Source: a virus
Strand: one strand, 5' to 3'
Length of the DNA stretch: 64,000 nucleotides
Virus record (IMG/VR): IMGVR_UViG_3300046000_004279
Span: 32,001 to 96,000 of that record
In this document: in pieces, positions 15,571 through 24,039 of the stretch
Numbering within the stretch: position 1 is the first letter of the stretch
Layout: each line of letters opens with the position of its first letter
Position numbers and translations under genes: made by a program
The notes under the pieces: model-generated
Seen by the model: the letters and a program-made list of their open reading frames with translations, nothing else
Database searches by the model: none
What the model was told of the DNA's origin: nothing

Positions 15571-15762
15571 TTCGATGGACGGCGTAGTTACACGGTCTTA
15601 GACGCCTCTCGTAGAAGCGCAACATCTAAGACGAGGTCGGGAGAGATGCTTCCCATATAGTCATACCCGCCCGTTTGGCGGTCCACTATATGGGGTATAA
15701 AGCTGATCATAACCTTGGGAACCCGTGCGCTGAAAAGGGGATGCATACCCGTTTCCATCGAA
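15571..15762 (+). ncRNA. Unassigned multibranched RNA (~190 nt)
   Basis: TTCGATGGA/TCCATCGAA closing stem; GTCTTAGA/TCTAAGAC; CCCATATAGT/ACTATATGGG. Confidence 0.55.
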
Positions 15763-15763
15763 C

Positions 15764-15875
15764 TTTATACGGAGTCAGTAGTGTGTCGGCTCGTTTTGAG
15801 GTTACAGATCTTATACCGTTGAAGGATAAGCACACCACTACTTCTGCGAAAGGCTTAGATCCCCTTTCGTATGAA
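15764..15875 (+). ncRNA. Unassigned structured RNA (~110 nt)
   Basis: TTATACGGAG/TTTCGTATGA closing stem; AGTAGTG/CACTACT; CTTAT/ATAAG. Confidence 0.45.
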
Positions 15876-15878
15876 TTC

Positions 15879-15951
15879 GGGGCGGGTAATGGGTTACGGG
15901 TGATCCTTGCAAGATTGCTGTCGTTGGGTTCGATTCCCAATTGCTCCACCA
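15879..15951 (+). tRNA. tRNA-Ala(TGC), reduced D arm
   Basis: G3.U70, CT-TGC-AA, TTGGG-TTCGATT-CCCAA, A73, CCA. Confidence 0.8.
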
Positions 15952-15955
15952 AATT

Positions 15956-16029
15956 GGCCCATTGATGAAGTGGTATCATACCGGATTGTCTATCCGAGGT
16001 TGCGAGTTCGATTCTCGCATGGGTCGCCA
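15956..16029 (+). tRNA. tRNA-Asp(GTC)
   Basis: GGCCCAT/ATGGGTC, TT-GTC-TA, G73, CCA. Confidence 0.88.
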
Positions 16030-16220
16030 AACTTGGGGCTAGCCGCCCAAGACCAGTGTCAGAGAATTTCTTGTTACAACGCTGACACTTTAATAAACTC
16101 TGGTATACAAGCGTGCCTGTCGACGATAATAGATGGGGGTTTTAGTTATATTCCACCCTTAAGAAATATGACGGGTAGTGATGCAACCTAGAAGGGGTGG
16201 CTCCCAGCATCGTAAATTAC

Positions 16221-16294
16221 GGTCTGTTAGTTCAATGGTAGAACATCGTCTTTACACGGCGACTACGCGGGTTCGATTCCCCCACAGACTACCA
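16221..16294 (+). tRNA. tRNA-Val(TAC)
   Basis: GGTCTGT/ACAGACT, TT-TAC-AC, CCA. Confidence 0.9.
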
Positions 16295-16300
16295 GATAAT

Positions 16301-16376
16301 GCCTTGGTGGTGAAATGGTAAACACACCGGTCTTAGAAACCGCAAGCTGAGAGTTCGAGTCTCTCCTGAGGCACCA
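16301..16376 (+). tRNA. tRNA-Leu(TAG), short variable loop
   Basis: GCCTTGG/CTGAGGC, CT-TAG-AA, CCA. Confidence 0.88.
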
Positions 16377-16395
16377 ATAAATTTAGGAATAGATA

Positions 16396-17529
16396 ATGAA
16401 GTCCAATGTGATACAAGATGAAATCACTGCTGAAATCAGCAAGATTTTTGACTATAAGTTTGACGGGACAACTGAGTTTGTTCCACCGTCAATTGGAATG
16501 ATTGATAAAGAGACAACACTGAAAGACTTCAACATTGGCTTGATAGTCGGACCATCGGGATCTGGCAAGAGTACGATGTTAAAGGATTTCGGTGTTGAAG
16601 TCGATCCTCAATGGGATCCTGATCTCTGCGTTGCATCTCATTTTGAAAATGTGAAACAAGCACAAGAACGTTTAGGTGCAGTTGGGTTCAATAGTATTCC
16701 AAGTTGGCTTCGCCCTTATCATGTTTTGTCTAACGGTGAACAGTTTCGCGCTCGTTTGGCTCGTCAACTAGATAACAATGTAGTGGTGGATGAGTTCACT
16801 TCTGTCATTGATCGTGATGTTGCTAAGAGTTGTTCAAATGCAATTCATCGTTACATCCATGCAAATGGTTTGAAGAACATCGTCTTTTCATCCTGTCATT
16901 ATGACATTATTGAGTGGTTACGTCCAGATTGGGTATTTGATACTCAAACTGGTAAATTGACCACAAGGAGGTTTGAAAGGCCAGCCATCGTTTTGGAAAT
17001 CCTACCTTGTTCCACCAAAGCTTGGTCATTGTTCAGCGACCATCACTATCTTGACGGGGACATCAATAAAAGTTCACGATCTTGGATCGTCACGTGGAAC
17101 AACCGACCTGTCGGCTTTCTTTCAAGTTTAGCGATGCCTAGTGGTAGTCTTAAGAACGCTTGGAGAGGTCACAGAACTGTCGTTCTACCTGAGTTTCAAG
17201 GTTTGGGTATTGGTGCTAGAATGACCGAAGCTTTAGGTGAGATGCACATCAGAGAAGGCAAAAGGTTCTTCACAAAGACCGCACATCCGCGCTTAGGTGA
17301 GTATCGTAATGCGTCTGACCTTTGGAGATCGACAAGTAAAAACGGGATCTTGAGAAACGACTACAAACACATATCAACTGATGGTTTACCAAACCCTCGT
17401 GGCGCTGGTTACAGTCGTAAGTTTACAAAAGAATATCTGGCTAAACACGCTGACAGAGTGTGTTACAGTCACGAATACATAGGAAATACAACGGATCGTG
17501 GGCTGGATGGTAAAGCAGCAGTTTGCTAA
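16396..17529 (+). CDS. ABC-type ATPase fused to a GNAT acetyltransferase
   Basis: GPSGSGKST, LSNGEQFR, VVVDEF; HHYL and RTVVLPEFQGLGIG acetyl-CoA motif. Confidence 0.88.
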   Translation: MKSNVIQDEITAEISKIFDYKFDGTTEFVPPSIGMIDKETTLKDFNIGLIVGPSGSGKSTMLKDFGVEVDPQWDPDLCVASHFENVKQAQERLGAVGFNSIPSWLRPYHVLSNGEQFRARLARQLDNNVVVDEFTSVIDRDVAKSCSNAIHRYIHANGLKNIVFSSCHYDIIEWLRPDWVFDTQTGKLTTRRFERPAIVLEILPCSTKAWSLFSDHHYLDGDINKSSRSWIVTWNNRPVGFLSSLAMPSGSLKNAWRGHRTVVLPEFQGLGIGARMTEALGEMHIREGKRFFTKTAHPRLGEYRNASDLWRSTSKNGILRNDYKHISTDGLPNPRGAGYSRKFTKEYLAKHADRVCYSHEYIGNTTDRGLDGKAAVC

Positions 17530-17580
17530 ACTGTACTACCTGTAAGGGTAGAGTGGGTTCGATTCCCACACGATCCGCCA
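17493..17580 (+). tRNA. tRNA-Ser(GCT)
   Basis: GGATCGT/ACGATCC, TT-GCT-AA, long V arm, G73, CCA; overlaps the upstream CDS. Confidence 0.9.
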
Positions 17581-17588
17581 TATAAATA
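17581..17588 (+). promoter_or_regulatory. T4-type late promoter
   Basis: TATAAATA, followed by a possible 50-aa ORF at 17594-17746. Confidence 0.55.
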
Positions 17589-17707
17589 ATCTCATGTTCA
17601 AAAAGATTTGGTCCATTCTCTTGCCATTGACTGTCATAGTTAACTTTGGTTTAGCTATCAGTAACTTAATATCCACTAGATCAAACCATTTTATGTTGAT
17701 CGACCTA

Positions 17708-17736
17708 TTGACTTTACATCAATCAAGCACTATATT
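17708..17736 (+). promoter_or_regulatory. Sigma70-type early promoter
   Basis: TTGACT-N17-TATATT. Confidence 0.7.
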
Positions 17737-17756
17737 AAGTAAGTAGAGACAGAGAG

Positions 17757-18287
17757 ATGACCATGACAAACTTCAATTCTTTTGTGACAAACTTTTCGGA
17801 GAGTGCATCGATTGAAAAATCTATGCAAGAAAAGATCTCCAAGGCATTTGCCGAATTGAATGCTAAGTTGATCAAATCTGATCAAGAGTGGGCCAAGAAA
17901 AAGATCGAAGGGTTCCAAGACCACATGAAAAAATGGGATGCAGATCACACCAAATACGCCGATTACAAACTTCGTGGTCCTGAAGTTATCAAATATTGGG
18001 GCAGTGAAGCGATGATGAAACTGATTGCGAGTCGTGGTCTTCAAGGCGGTCTTGATAACATGATGAAAAACACTCATGCTCTTATCGCAAAAAGAGACAA
18101 TCAGATTGTCGCGGCTCTACGTAAGAATAAGATCGACGGCATTCCCGATTTTGAACTGAAACACAATAGTGATGGTTACGAAGGCAGTTTCAAAGTTGGT
18201 GATCACAATGTTAACATCCGCACAATCGTTGCTGGTGGGTACAACATTCAAAGAATGCACATGCGAACGTTAATAAAAGTACAGTAA
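17757..18287 (+). CDS. Hypothetical early protein
   Basis: 176-aa ORF; C-terminal TIVAGGYNIQRMH.R motif. Confidence 0.7.
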   Translation: MTMTNFNSFVTNFSESASIEKSMQEKISKAFAELNAKLIKSDQEWAKKKIEGFQDHMKKWDADHTKYADYKLRGPEVIKYWGSEAMMKLIASRGLQGGLDNMMKNTHALIAKRDNQIVAALRKNKIDGIPDFELKHNSDGYEGSFKVGDHNVNIRTIVAGGYNIQRMHMRTLIKVQ

Positions 18288-18301
18288 AGCTAAAATAACT
18301 C

Positions 18302-18330
18302 TTGACTCTTGCTTAGAGATGCACTATATT
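18302..18330 (+). promoter_or_regulatory. Sigma70-type early promoter
   Basis: AAAATAACTC-TTGACT-N17-TATATT; near copy of the 9722 promoter. Confidence 0.75.
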
Positions 18331-18355
18331 GATACTGTAGTAAAGAGGAAAACAC

Positions 18356-18766
18356 ATGTACACGTTCGACGAATCAATTGTTTCTGATCTGCACAAAGAC
18401 ACTTACGGCTTCCGCCCTGACAGTGCTTTCTGGTCTAACTGGAATGTCTCCTCAGATGCTGGCAAACAGTACATCTGGGATTGTCTGCTCGAAGCTTTCG
18501 CCCACACCATTGAGATTAATGCTAACGAGGATATCGCTGCGATCAATGCTTTCGAGCTTGAGATTGCAAACACGATTGATCTTGGTGCTACTTCGCGTGA
18601 AGTCGCTATTCGTTGGATCATTGAGTCGATGGGTCTGACTGAGACCGATTTGGTGTACGGTGGCAGTTATGTCTGTTTCTTGAAGAAACTACCGTATTCA
18701 ATGGCTCCGTTGTTTGATAACGCGATTCGTGATCTTGAAAGTAACTTCATCAAAGAGGATGCATAA
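18356..18766 (+). CDS. Hypothetical early protein
   Basis: SDLHKDTYGFRP motif; GAGGA RBS. Confidence 0.72.
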   Translation: MYTFDESIVSDLHKDTYGFRPDSAFWSNWNVSSDAGKQYIWDCLLEAFAHTIEINANEDIAAINAFELEIANTIDLGATSREVAIRWIIESMGLTETDLVYGGSYVCFLKKLPYSMAPLFDNAIRDLESNFIKEDA

Positions 18767-18984
18767 TGTTGGAAACTATCTCTGCGGGTGAACTGTGTAT
18801 GGGCATTCTTGAATCAGAATTCCATCGCCCGTTGATCAATGGTAAAGCGAATCGTGAGAACATTGAAGATGCAATCACGATTGGCATGATGGAAAAGAAA
18901 CTTGGGTATGTGTCGCAAGAGACTGTTGACATTGCAATTGCTTTGGTCAACGATTTGCTAGCCCTACATAATGTAAAAGAATAA
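18766..18984 (+). CDS. Hypothetical protein
   Basis: Coupled TAATG. Confidence 0.6.
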   Translation: MLETISAGELCMGILESEFHRPLINGKANRENIEDAITIGMMEKKLGYVSQETVDIAIALVNDLLALHNVKE

Positions 18985-18988
18985 CCGT

Positions 18989-19064
18989 TTCCAGTTAGCT
19001 CAGTTGGTAGAGCATCTGACTGTTAATCAGAGGGTCGCTGGTTCGAGCCCAGCACTGGGAGCCA
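18989..19064 (+). tRNA. tRNA-Asn(GTT)
   Basis: TTCCAGT/ACTGGGA, CT-GTT-AA, G73, CCA. Confidence 0.93.
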
Positions 19065-19071
19065 AATATAT

Positions 19072-19146
19072 CAGGGTGTAGCTCAGTGGTAGAGTGCTTC
19101 ACTTGGAATGAAGAAGTCGCAAGTTCAATCCTTGTCACCCTGACCA
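19072..19146 (+). tRNA. tRNA-Pro(TGG)
   Basis: CAGGGTG/CACCCTG, CT-TGG-AA, CCA. Confidence 0.92.
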
Positions 19147-19168
19147 AATATACGTCAACACTATTGGT

Positions 19169-20293
19169 ATGAATAAAATGATTTTGAATCCAAACGATGC
19201 TTTGTATGCATATGGTAAAATAAACGAAGCGTATGGTTCTATCAATCGTATTGACGATTATTTTAGAATGAAGAAACTTGAACGGATCAAACACCTTCCT
19301 ACGCCCTTGTTTGGGTTTTCGATGGAAGATGAGATGTTTCAATCATACGATATGTCTCCTGATGATATGAATTTCAAAGTTGTTCAACTGAAAAATCAAA
19401 CCTTCAATACTTTGTTGGAGATGACGGCTTCATTCACTTATGAAGACGCCCCTGGTAAAGAACTAAAGCTTGCAATTCAAGAAACCACAACTGGTAAGTA
19501 TGTTGGGTTTATCAAGTTAGGATCTCCTCTAATCAACTCCAAACCAAGAAACGATTACTTAGGTGATGTTCCTGAGTTCTCTCGTTTCAACAAACATGCA
19601 ATTATGGGGTTTATCATTGTTCCTGTTCAACCGTTTGGGTATAACTATCTCGGCGGTAAACTACTCAGCCTTATCTGTGCAAGTCACGAGATACGTGAGA
19701 TGATAAACAAAAAATACAATTGTAATATCTGTTTGTTTGAAACTACTTCACTGTATGGCAATATCAAAGGAACATCTCAGTATGATGGTCTCAAGCCCTA
19801 CTTGCGGTATCTTGGCGATACACAGTCTAAGTTTCTGTTAACTCTTCCTGATTCTATATACCATGATCTATACAAGTGGTTCAAAGATAAAAACAATGGT
19901 GAAGAACTGATTCACAAAGGTGCGTCTAGCAGAAAACTAAAAATTCAGACTAAGATGATTTCAATCATTAAACACTCTTTGAAAGAACATCATCCAGATA
20001 AGTATACAGAGTTTGTGGAGTTTATCAAAAATCGTGAAGAAGTCACAACTCAAAAAAGGTTCTACATGTCTGACTATGGGTTCTCAAACGTAAAAGATGT
20101 TTTGACTGGAAAGACTGATACATTGGTCCCGAATCCAGAGAACTATGACAAGTTCTATCTTGATAATCTTATAAAGTGGTGGAAGAACAAAGCTACAAAC
20201 AGATTTAACCGATTGAAAGAAACGGATTGTTTGCGTACCAATCTTGAGGTTTGGAACGAGGATACGATCAACACGATTGATATTATCAGATAA
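19169..20293 (+). CDS. DUF4338 (DruA-like) domain protein
   Basis: GFIKLGSP.IN.KPRN, IVPVQPFGYNYLGGKLL, ETTSLYG. Confidence 0.65.
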   Translation: MNKMILNPNDALYAYGKINEAYGSINRIDDYFRMKKLERIKHLPTPLFGFSMEDEMFQSYDMSPDDMNFKVVQLKNQTFNTLLEMTASFTYEDAPGKELKLAIQETTTGKYVGFIKLGSPLINSKPRNDYLGDVPEFSRFNKHAIMGFIIVPVQPFGYNYLGGKLLSLICASHEIREMINKKYNCNICLFETTSLYGNIKGTSQYDGLKPYLRYLGDTQSKFLLTLPDSIYHDLYKWFKDKNNGEELIHKGASSRKLKIQTKMISIIKHSLKEHHPDKYTEFVEFIKNREEVTTQKRFYMSDYGFSNVKDVLTGKTDTLVPNPENYDKFYLDNLIKWWKNKATNRFNRLKETDCLRTNLEVWNEDTINTIDIIR

Positions 20294-20314
20294 ACTATAC
20301 TATATAATCATATT

Positions 20315-20389
20315 GCGGGAGTAGCTCAGTGGTAGAGCGCTATCCTTCCAAGTTAGATGTCGTGGGTTCGACCCCCATCTCCCGCTCCA
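20315..20389 (+). tRNA. tRNA-Gly(TCC)
   Basis: GCGGGAG/CTCCCGC, CT-TCC-AA, U73, CCA. Confidence 0.92.
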
Positions 20390-20394
20390 ATTTC

Positions 20395-20470
20395 GCTTCC
20401 TAAGCATTGCTGGCGATGCAACGGTTTTGTAGTCCGAAGATAGAGTGTTCGATTCACTCAGGAAGCACCA
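20395..20470 (+). tRNA. tRNA-Thr(TGT)
   Basis: GCTTCCT/AGGAAGC, TT-TGT-AG, CCA. Confidence 0.82.
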
Positions 20471-20491
20471 TTTTACATTATAGGAGTTACA

Positions 20492-20854
20492 ATGGCATAC
20501 TGGGGTTATCACGCGATCTTCGATTGCGCTGCTTGTGATATTGGTCTTATCACTAGCGAGAAAAATGTTTACAATTTCATTAAAGAACTTGTCCCTGCGA
20601 TTGATATGGTAGCCTACGGTGAGCCAATGATCAAACACTTTGCTACTCACGCTATCGACAAAGCTGGTATCAGCTTCTGTCAGATGATTGAGACTAGCAG
20701 CATTACTGGGCACCTTGTTGATGCAAACGGTGATGCATATATTGACATCTTCTCTTGTAAGCCAGTTGATATTGGCATTGCTCAAGATGTTATCACTAAG
20801 TATTTCAAGCCATCTAAAGTTCGAGTTAATTTCCTCACTCGCAGTGCTGGATAA
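20492..20854 (+). CDS. speD: S-adenosylmethionine decarboxylase proenzyme
   Basis: WGYH..FD, IETSSITGH cleavage region, YIDIFSCK. Confidence 0.85.
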   Translation: MAYWGYHAIFDCAACDIGLITSEKNVYNFIKELVPAIDMVAYGEPMIKHFATHAIDKAGISFCQMIETSSITGHLVDANGDAYIDIFSCKPVDIGIAQDVITKYFKPSKVRVNFLTRSAG

Positions 20855-20875
20855 TCATACAATTTAGTATTAACG

Positions 20876-20898
20876 CCCCGTAGCTTATGGCTACGGGG
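20876..20898 (+). terminator. Strong hairpin after speD
   Basis: CCCCGTAGC-TTATG-GCTACGGGG; short T tail; followed by late-like TATAAGTA (20910-20917). Confidence 0.5.
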
Positions 20899-20922
20899 TT
20901 GAACTCGTTTATAAGTAGCAGT

Positions 20923-21735
20923 ATGACAAGAACAACACCTTTACCATTCTATCGACCTGAAGATCCATTCTTCTTATATCATGATCTGTATCCAACAAAT
21001 CAGGTAAAGCTGTGGTTGGATATTTCAACACATTGCAATGCAAAATGCCCACAATGTCACAGAACAGATGCTAATGGATTAGGTAAATCCGATTGGTTAC
21101 CTGTTGTGCAGTGGTCTTTTGAACAATTCAAGTTTGCATTTCCTCCCAAGACTCTACAGATGTTCAAAGAGATTCAGATCTGCGGTACGTGGGGTGATCC
21201 TATGATGAACAAAGACATCTATGAGATCATGGAATACATTATGGATAACAGCCGAGGAATCCACGTACTGTTGAACACCAATGGCAGTATTCGTGACGAA
21301 GAGTGGTGGTGGAAGTTCGGCACAAAGGTCCGTAACCGTTGCACAGTGTTCTGGGCAATTGAGGGGATCACCAACGAACAACATGCAATGTATCGTCAGA
21401 ACACCGACCTTGATAAGGTTCTACGCAACATGGAATCGTTCTCTGCTGCTGGTGGCATAAGCGAAGTATTTACAGTTGTGTTTAAGCACAATGAGAAAGA
21501 TATGTACAACATCGCCAAGGTTAGCAAAGACCTCGGTGCAAGGCAGATCATGTTTGTTCAGTCAAATAGGTTCTACAGACATTCTAAGTTTGACTTTGTT
21601 GATGATCAAGGTGTTGAACAGTCACTATATAGAGCAGAACTACCACCCAACAAAGAGTTCTATTGGAAATCGTGGGATTTGAATAACCCTGTTGCTATGG
21701 AGATTATAAAGAATGAAGCCAGTCGAACGCAATAA
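20923..21735 (+). CDS. Radical SAM protein
   Basis: CNAKCPQC, CGTWGDP, NTNGS. Confidence 0.9.
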   Translation: MTRTTPLPFYRPEDPFFLYHDLYPTNQVKLWLDISTHCNAKCPQCHRTDANGLGKSDWLPVVQWSFEQFKFAFPPKTLQMFKEIQICGTWGDPMMNKDIYEIMEYIMDNSRGIHVLLNTNGSIRDEEWWWKFGTKVRNRCTVFWAIEGITNEQHAMYRQNTDLDKVLRNMESFSAAGGISEVFTVVFKHNEKDMYNIAKVSKDLGARQIMFVQSNRFYRHSKFDFVDDQGVEQSLYRAELPPNKEFYWKSWDLNNPVAMEIIKNEASRTQ

Positions 21736-22120
21736 GTGTGGGGTTGTTTGCGAATGGATGCAGACTGGTCGCATCTTAATTAATCCTGATGGGCAAGTGT
21801 TACCTTGCTGTTACCTAGCAAATGTGATGTACATGGTTAACAAGCTAGGCACACCCGAGCAGGTGTTGGCTAATAAGAACAATCTAACAGACCAGATTGG
21901 CCAACGCAACCTGATCCAAAAAGAGTTCTATGAAGAGCCAGTGTTGGTTGAGTATCTTGAGAACAAAGAAAAGTACAGCGTGTTTCACACACCATTCGAA
22001 GAAATCATTAATAGTGATTGGTTTACTAAAACATTACCACAATCTTGGGATGATTCTGATAGATTGGTATTACAGTGTGCACAACACTGTGGAACGGTAA
22101 AGCATCGTGGCAGAAAGTAA
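21713..22120 (+). CDS. Stand-alone SPASM/twitch Fe-S domain protein
   Basis: C...INPDGQVLPCC...C...C. Confidence 0.8.
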   Translation: MKPVERNKCGVVCEWMQTGRILINPDGQVLPCCYLANVMYMVNKLGTPEQVLANKNNLTDQIGQRNLIQKEFYEEPVLVEYLENKEKYSVFHTPFEEIINSDWFTKTLPQSWDDSDRLVLQCAQHCGTVKHRGRK

Positions 22121-23300
22121 ATTCTGCCCGCTTCCTTGGTTTAACATTACTACAGATGTAAACGGATCTGTTAGACCATGTTGTAGATATGCTCAACCTA
22201 GTGAGCAAGTTGATCACAAAATGCCTTGGTTGCAAGATGGTAGCATAAAGTCACTATGGAATGGTCCTGAGATGAGAGGCTTGCGTAAAGCTTTTCTCAA
22301 TGGCGAGCAACCAGCCGACTGTAGTTGGTGTTGGAAAGAAGAAGATAACAATATCAAAAGCTACAGACAATTACACATTGATGAGTATAGTAGCGATTAT
22401 GATAATGTTGATTTAACAACTGATTATTCACCAAATCCAATAGTGTTTGACCTAAAACTATCTAATGTGTGCAATTTAAAATGTAGGATGTGTGGTCCAA
22501 CAGCTTCTAGTTCTATCTTAAAAGAACAAAAGACTTACAAATATTTTACAGACCGCGATAAAAAAGAACACGAATACTGGCTAACTAATAAAATTCTTGG
22601 AACACATAATGAAAAAGATTTCATGGAGTGGTTACCATCTATTGTTGAACTTCAATTTACTGGTGGTGAGCCATTAGTAAGCCCAGAAAATAAACAATTA
22701 ATAAAATTAATCTCAGAAACTGAATATGCAAAAAACATTAGTATTCAATTAAACACCAATGCTACACATTTTAACACATCATTTGTTGAACAATTAAAGA
22801 AATTTAAAAAGATTCATATAGACGCTAGTATTGACGATATTGGACCCCGAATTGAATATGCTCGACATGGGTGCAATTGGGAAAACTTGAATAATAATTT
22901 AAAAAGATACAACAGCATAGAAGAAATCAAACTTAACATATGGGCTACGGTAAATAATTACAACATTTGGTATTTGGATGATTTGATTAATTATTGTGAA
23001 GAAAATAATATCGAACTGGCCTTGGGGGCTTTGCACACTCCTAGTGAATTGTCAATTCAATACTTACCAGAACATTTAAAAGATGCTATTCGCGAAAAGT
23101 ATATAAAACCAATTCACTTAGATCCTGTTGCAAATGAATTACGCGCTAAAAGATTAAAACCTATTATTAATTTCTTGGACGCTTCTAATGAAAACCGTCT
23201 TAAAGAATTTTTAAAAACAACTTGGGTCTATGATCGAATTCGTAAAGAAAAATTTAAAGATGTATTTCCAGAGTGGAGAGATATGATTTACTATGGATGA
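22107..23300 (+). CDS. Twitch/SPASM-radical SAM protein
   Basis: FCPLPW...GSVRPCC...CSWC; CNLKCRMC; FTGGEP. Confidence 0.9.
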   Translation: MAESKFCPLPWFNITTDVNGSVRPCCRYAQPSEQVDHKMPWLQDGSIKSLWNGPEMRGLRKAFLNGEQPADCSWCWKEEDNNIKSYRQLHIDEYSSDYDNVDLTTDYSPNPIVFDLKLSNVCNLKCRMCGPTASSSILKEQKTYKYFTDRDKKEHEYWLTNKILGTHNEKDFMEWLPSIVELQFTGGEPLVSPENKQLIKLISETEYAKNISIQLNTNATHFNTSFVEQLKKFKKIHIDASIDDIGPRIEYARHGCNWENLNNNLKRYNSIEEIKLNIWATVNNYNIWYLDDLINYCEENNIELALGALHTPSELSIQYLPEHLKDAIREKYIKPIHLDPVANELRAKRLKPIINFLDASNENRLKEFLKTTWVYDRIRKEKFKDVFPEWRDMIYYG

Positions 23301-24039
23301 TTATAAAAGTCTTCTTGATAAGCGACAGCTAACAATGTGGTTGGACATATCAACATATTGTAATGCTGGTTGTCCTCAATGTCACAGAACAAACCCAAAC
23401 GGGTTAGATAAGATCTATTGGTTGCCGCTTGTGCAGTGGTCAATCGATGACTTTAAAAGAGCATTCCCGATCTCATCCATGGCGAGAATTGACAAGTTTG
23501 ATATTTGTGGTACGTGGGGTGATCCTATGATGAACAAAGACATCTATGAGATTGTCGAATACATCATAGAGAATTCTGAATGTACAGTACAACTTCACAC
23601 AAACGGTAGCATGAGAGACAATGACTTTTGGTGGAACCTAGGCGTCCTTTGTGGAAAACGATTGAATGTTCAATTCACAGTTGATGGTGTTACTGAACAA
23701 GAACACGCGTTGTATAGACAAAAAACAAGCCTTGCAAAAACCCTATCTAACATGTTGACATTAACAAGTACGAATGCTACAGCGGGTGTGTACACTGTGA
23801 TATTTGAACACAACGAAAGATCTATACAAGATATCGCAAAACTATCTCGTGATCATGGTGCACACTATATAACATTTGTGCCTTCAAATAGATTCAAAGT
23901 TAATGATGAAGAATTCAATTTTTTTAAATTTACTGATGATAAGGGTGCGGAACAGATGTTTGTTAAGTCAAATTTAAAAAAATACTTAACAGGTGCGCTT
24001 ACTGATAAATTTATTGAAAGTCTTGCCCATGTCTTGTAA
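23293..24039 (+). CDS. Radical SAM protein (paralog of 20923-21735)
   Basis: CNAGCPQC, CGTWGDP, HTNGS. Confidence 0.9.
   Translation: MDDYKSLLDKRQLTMWLDISTYCNAGCPQCHRTNPNGLDKIYWLPLVQWSIDDFKRAFPISSMARIDKFDICGTWGDPMMNKDIYEIVEYIIENSECTVQLHTNGSMRDNDFWWNLGVLCGKRLNVQFTVDGVTEQEHALYRQKTSLAKTLSNMLTLTSTNATAGVYTVIFEHNERSIQDIAKLSRDHGAHYITFVPSNRFKVNDEEFNFFKFTDDKGAEQMFVKSNLKKYLTGALTDKFIESLAHVL

Noticed and set aside
13267-15875. tmRNA, RNase P or 6S assignment for the structured RNAs
   Set aside because: No G3.U70 TLD with tag ORF and CCA, no RNase P P4 signature, and the folds are multibranched rather than a 6S rod
12694-16191. Track ORFs overlapping the tRNA array (e.g. 13874-14410 -, 15675-15965 +, 15707-16030 -, 12933-13136 +)
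   Set aside because: They are translations of tRNA/ncRNA sequence (GFEP-type antisense signatures) with no RBS or protein motifs
21713-24039. Split rSAM/SPASM pairs as frameshifted pseudogenes
   Set aside because: The same split occurs in both paralogous pairs and each SPASM ORF has its own coupled ATG
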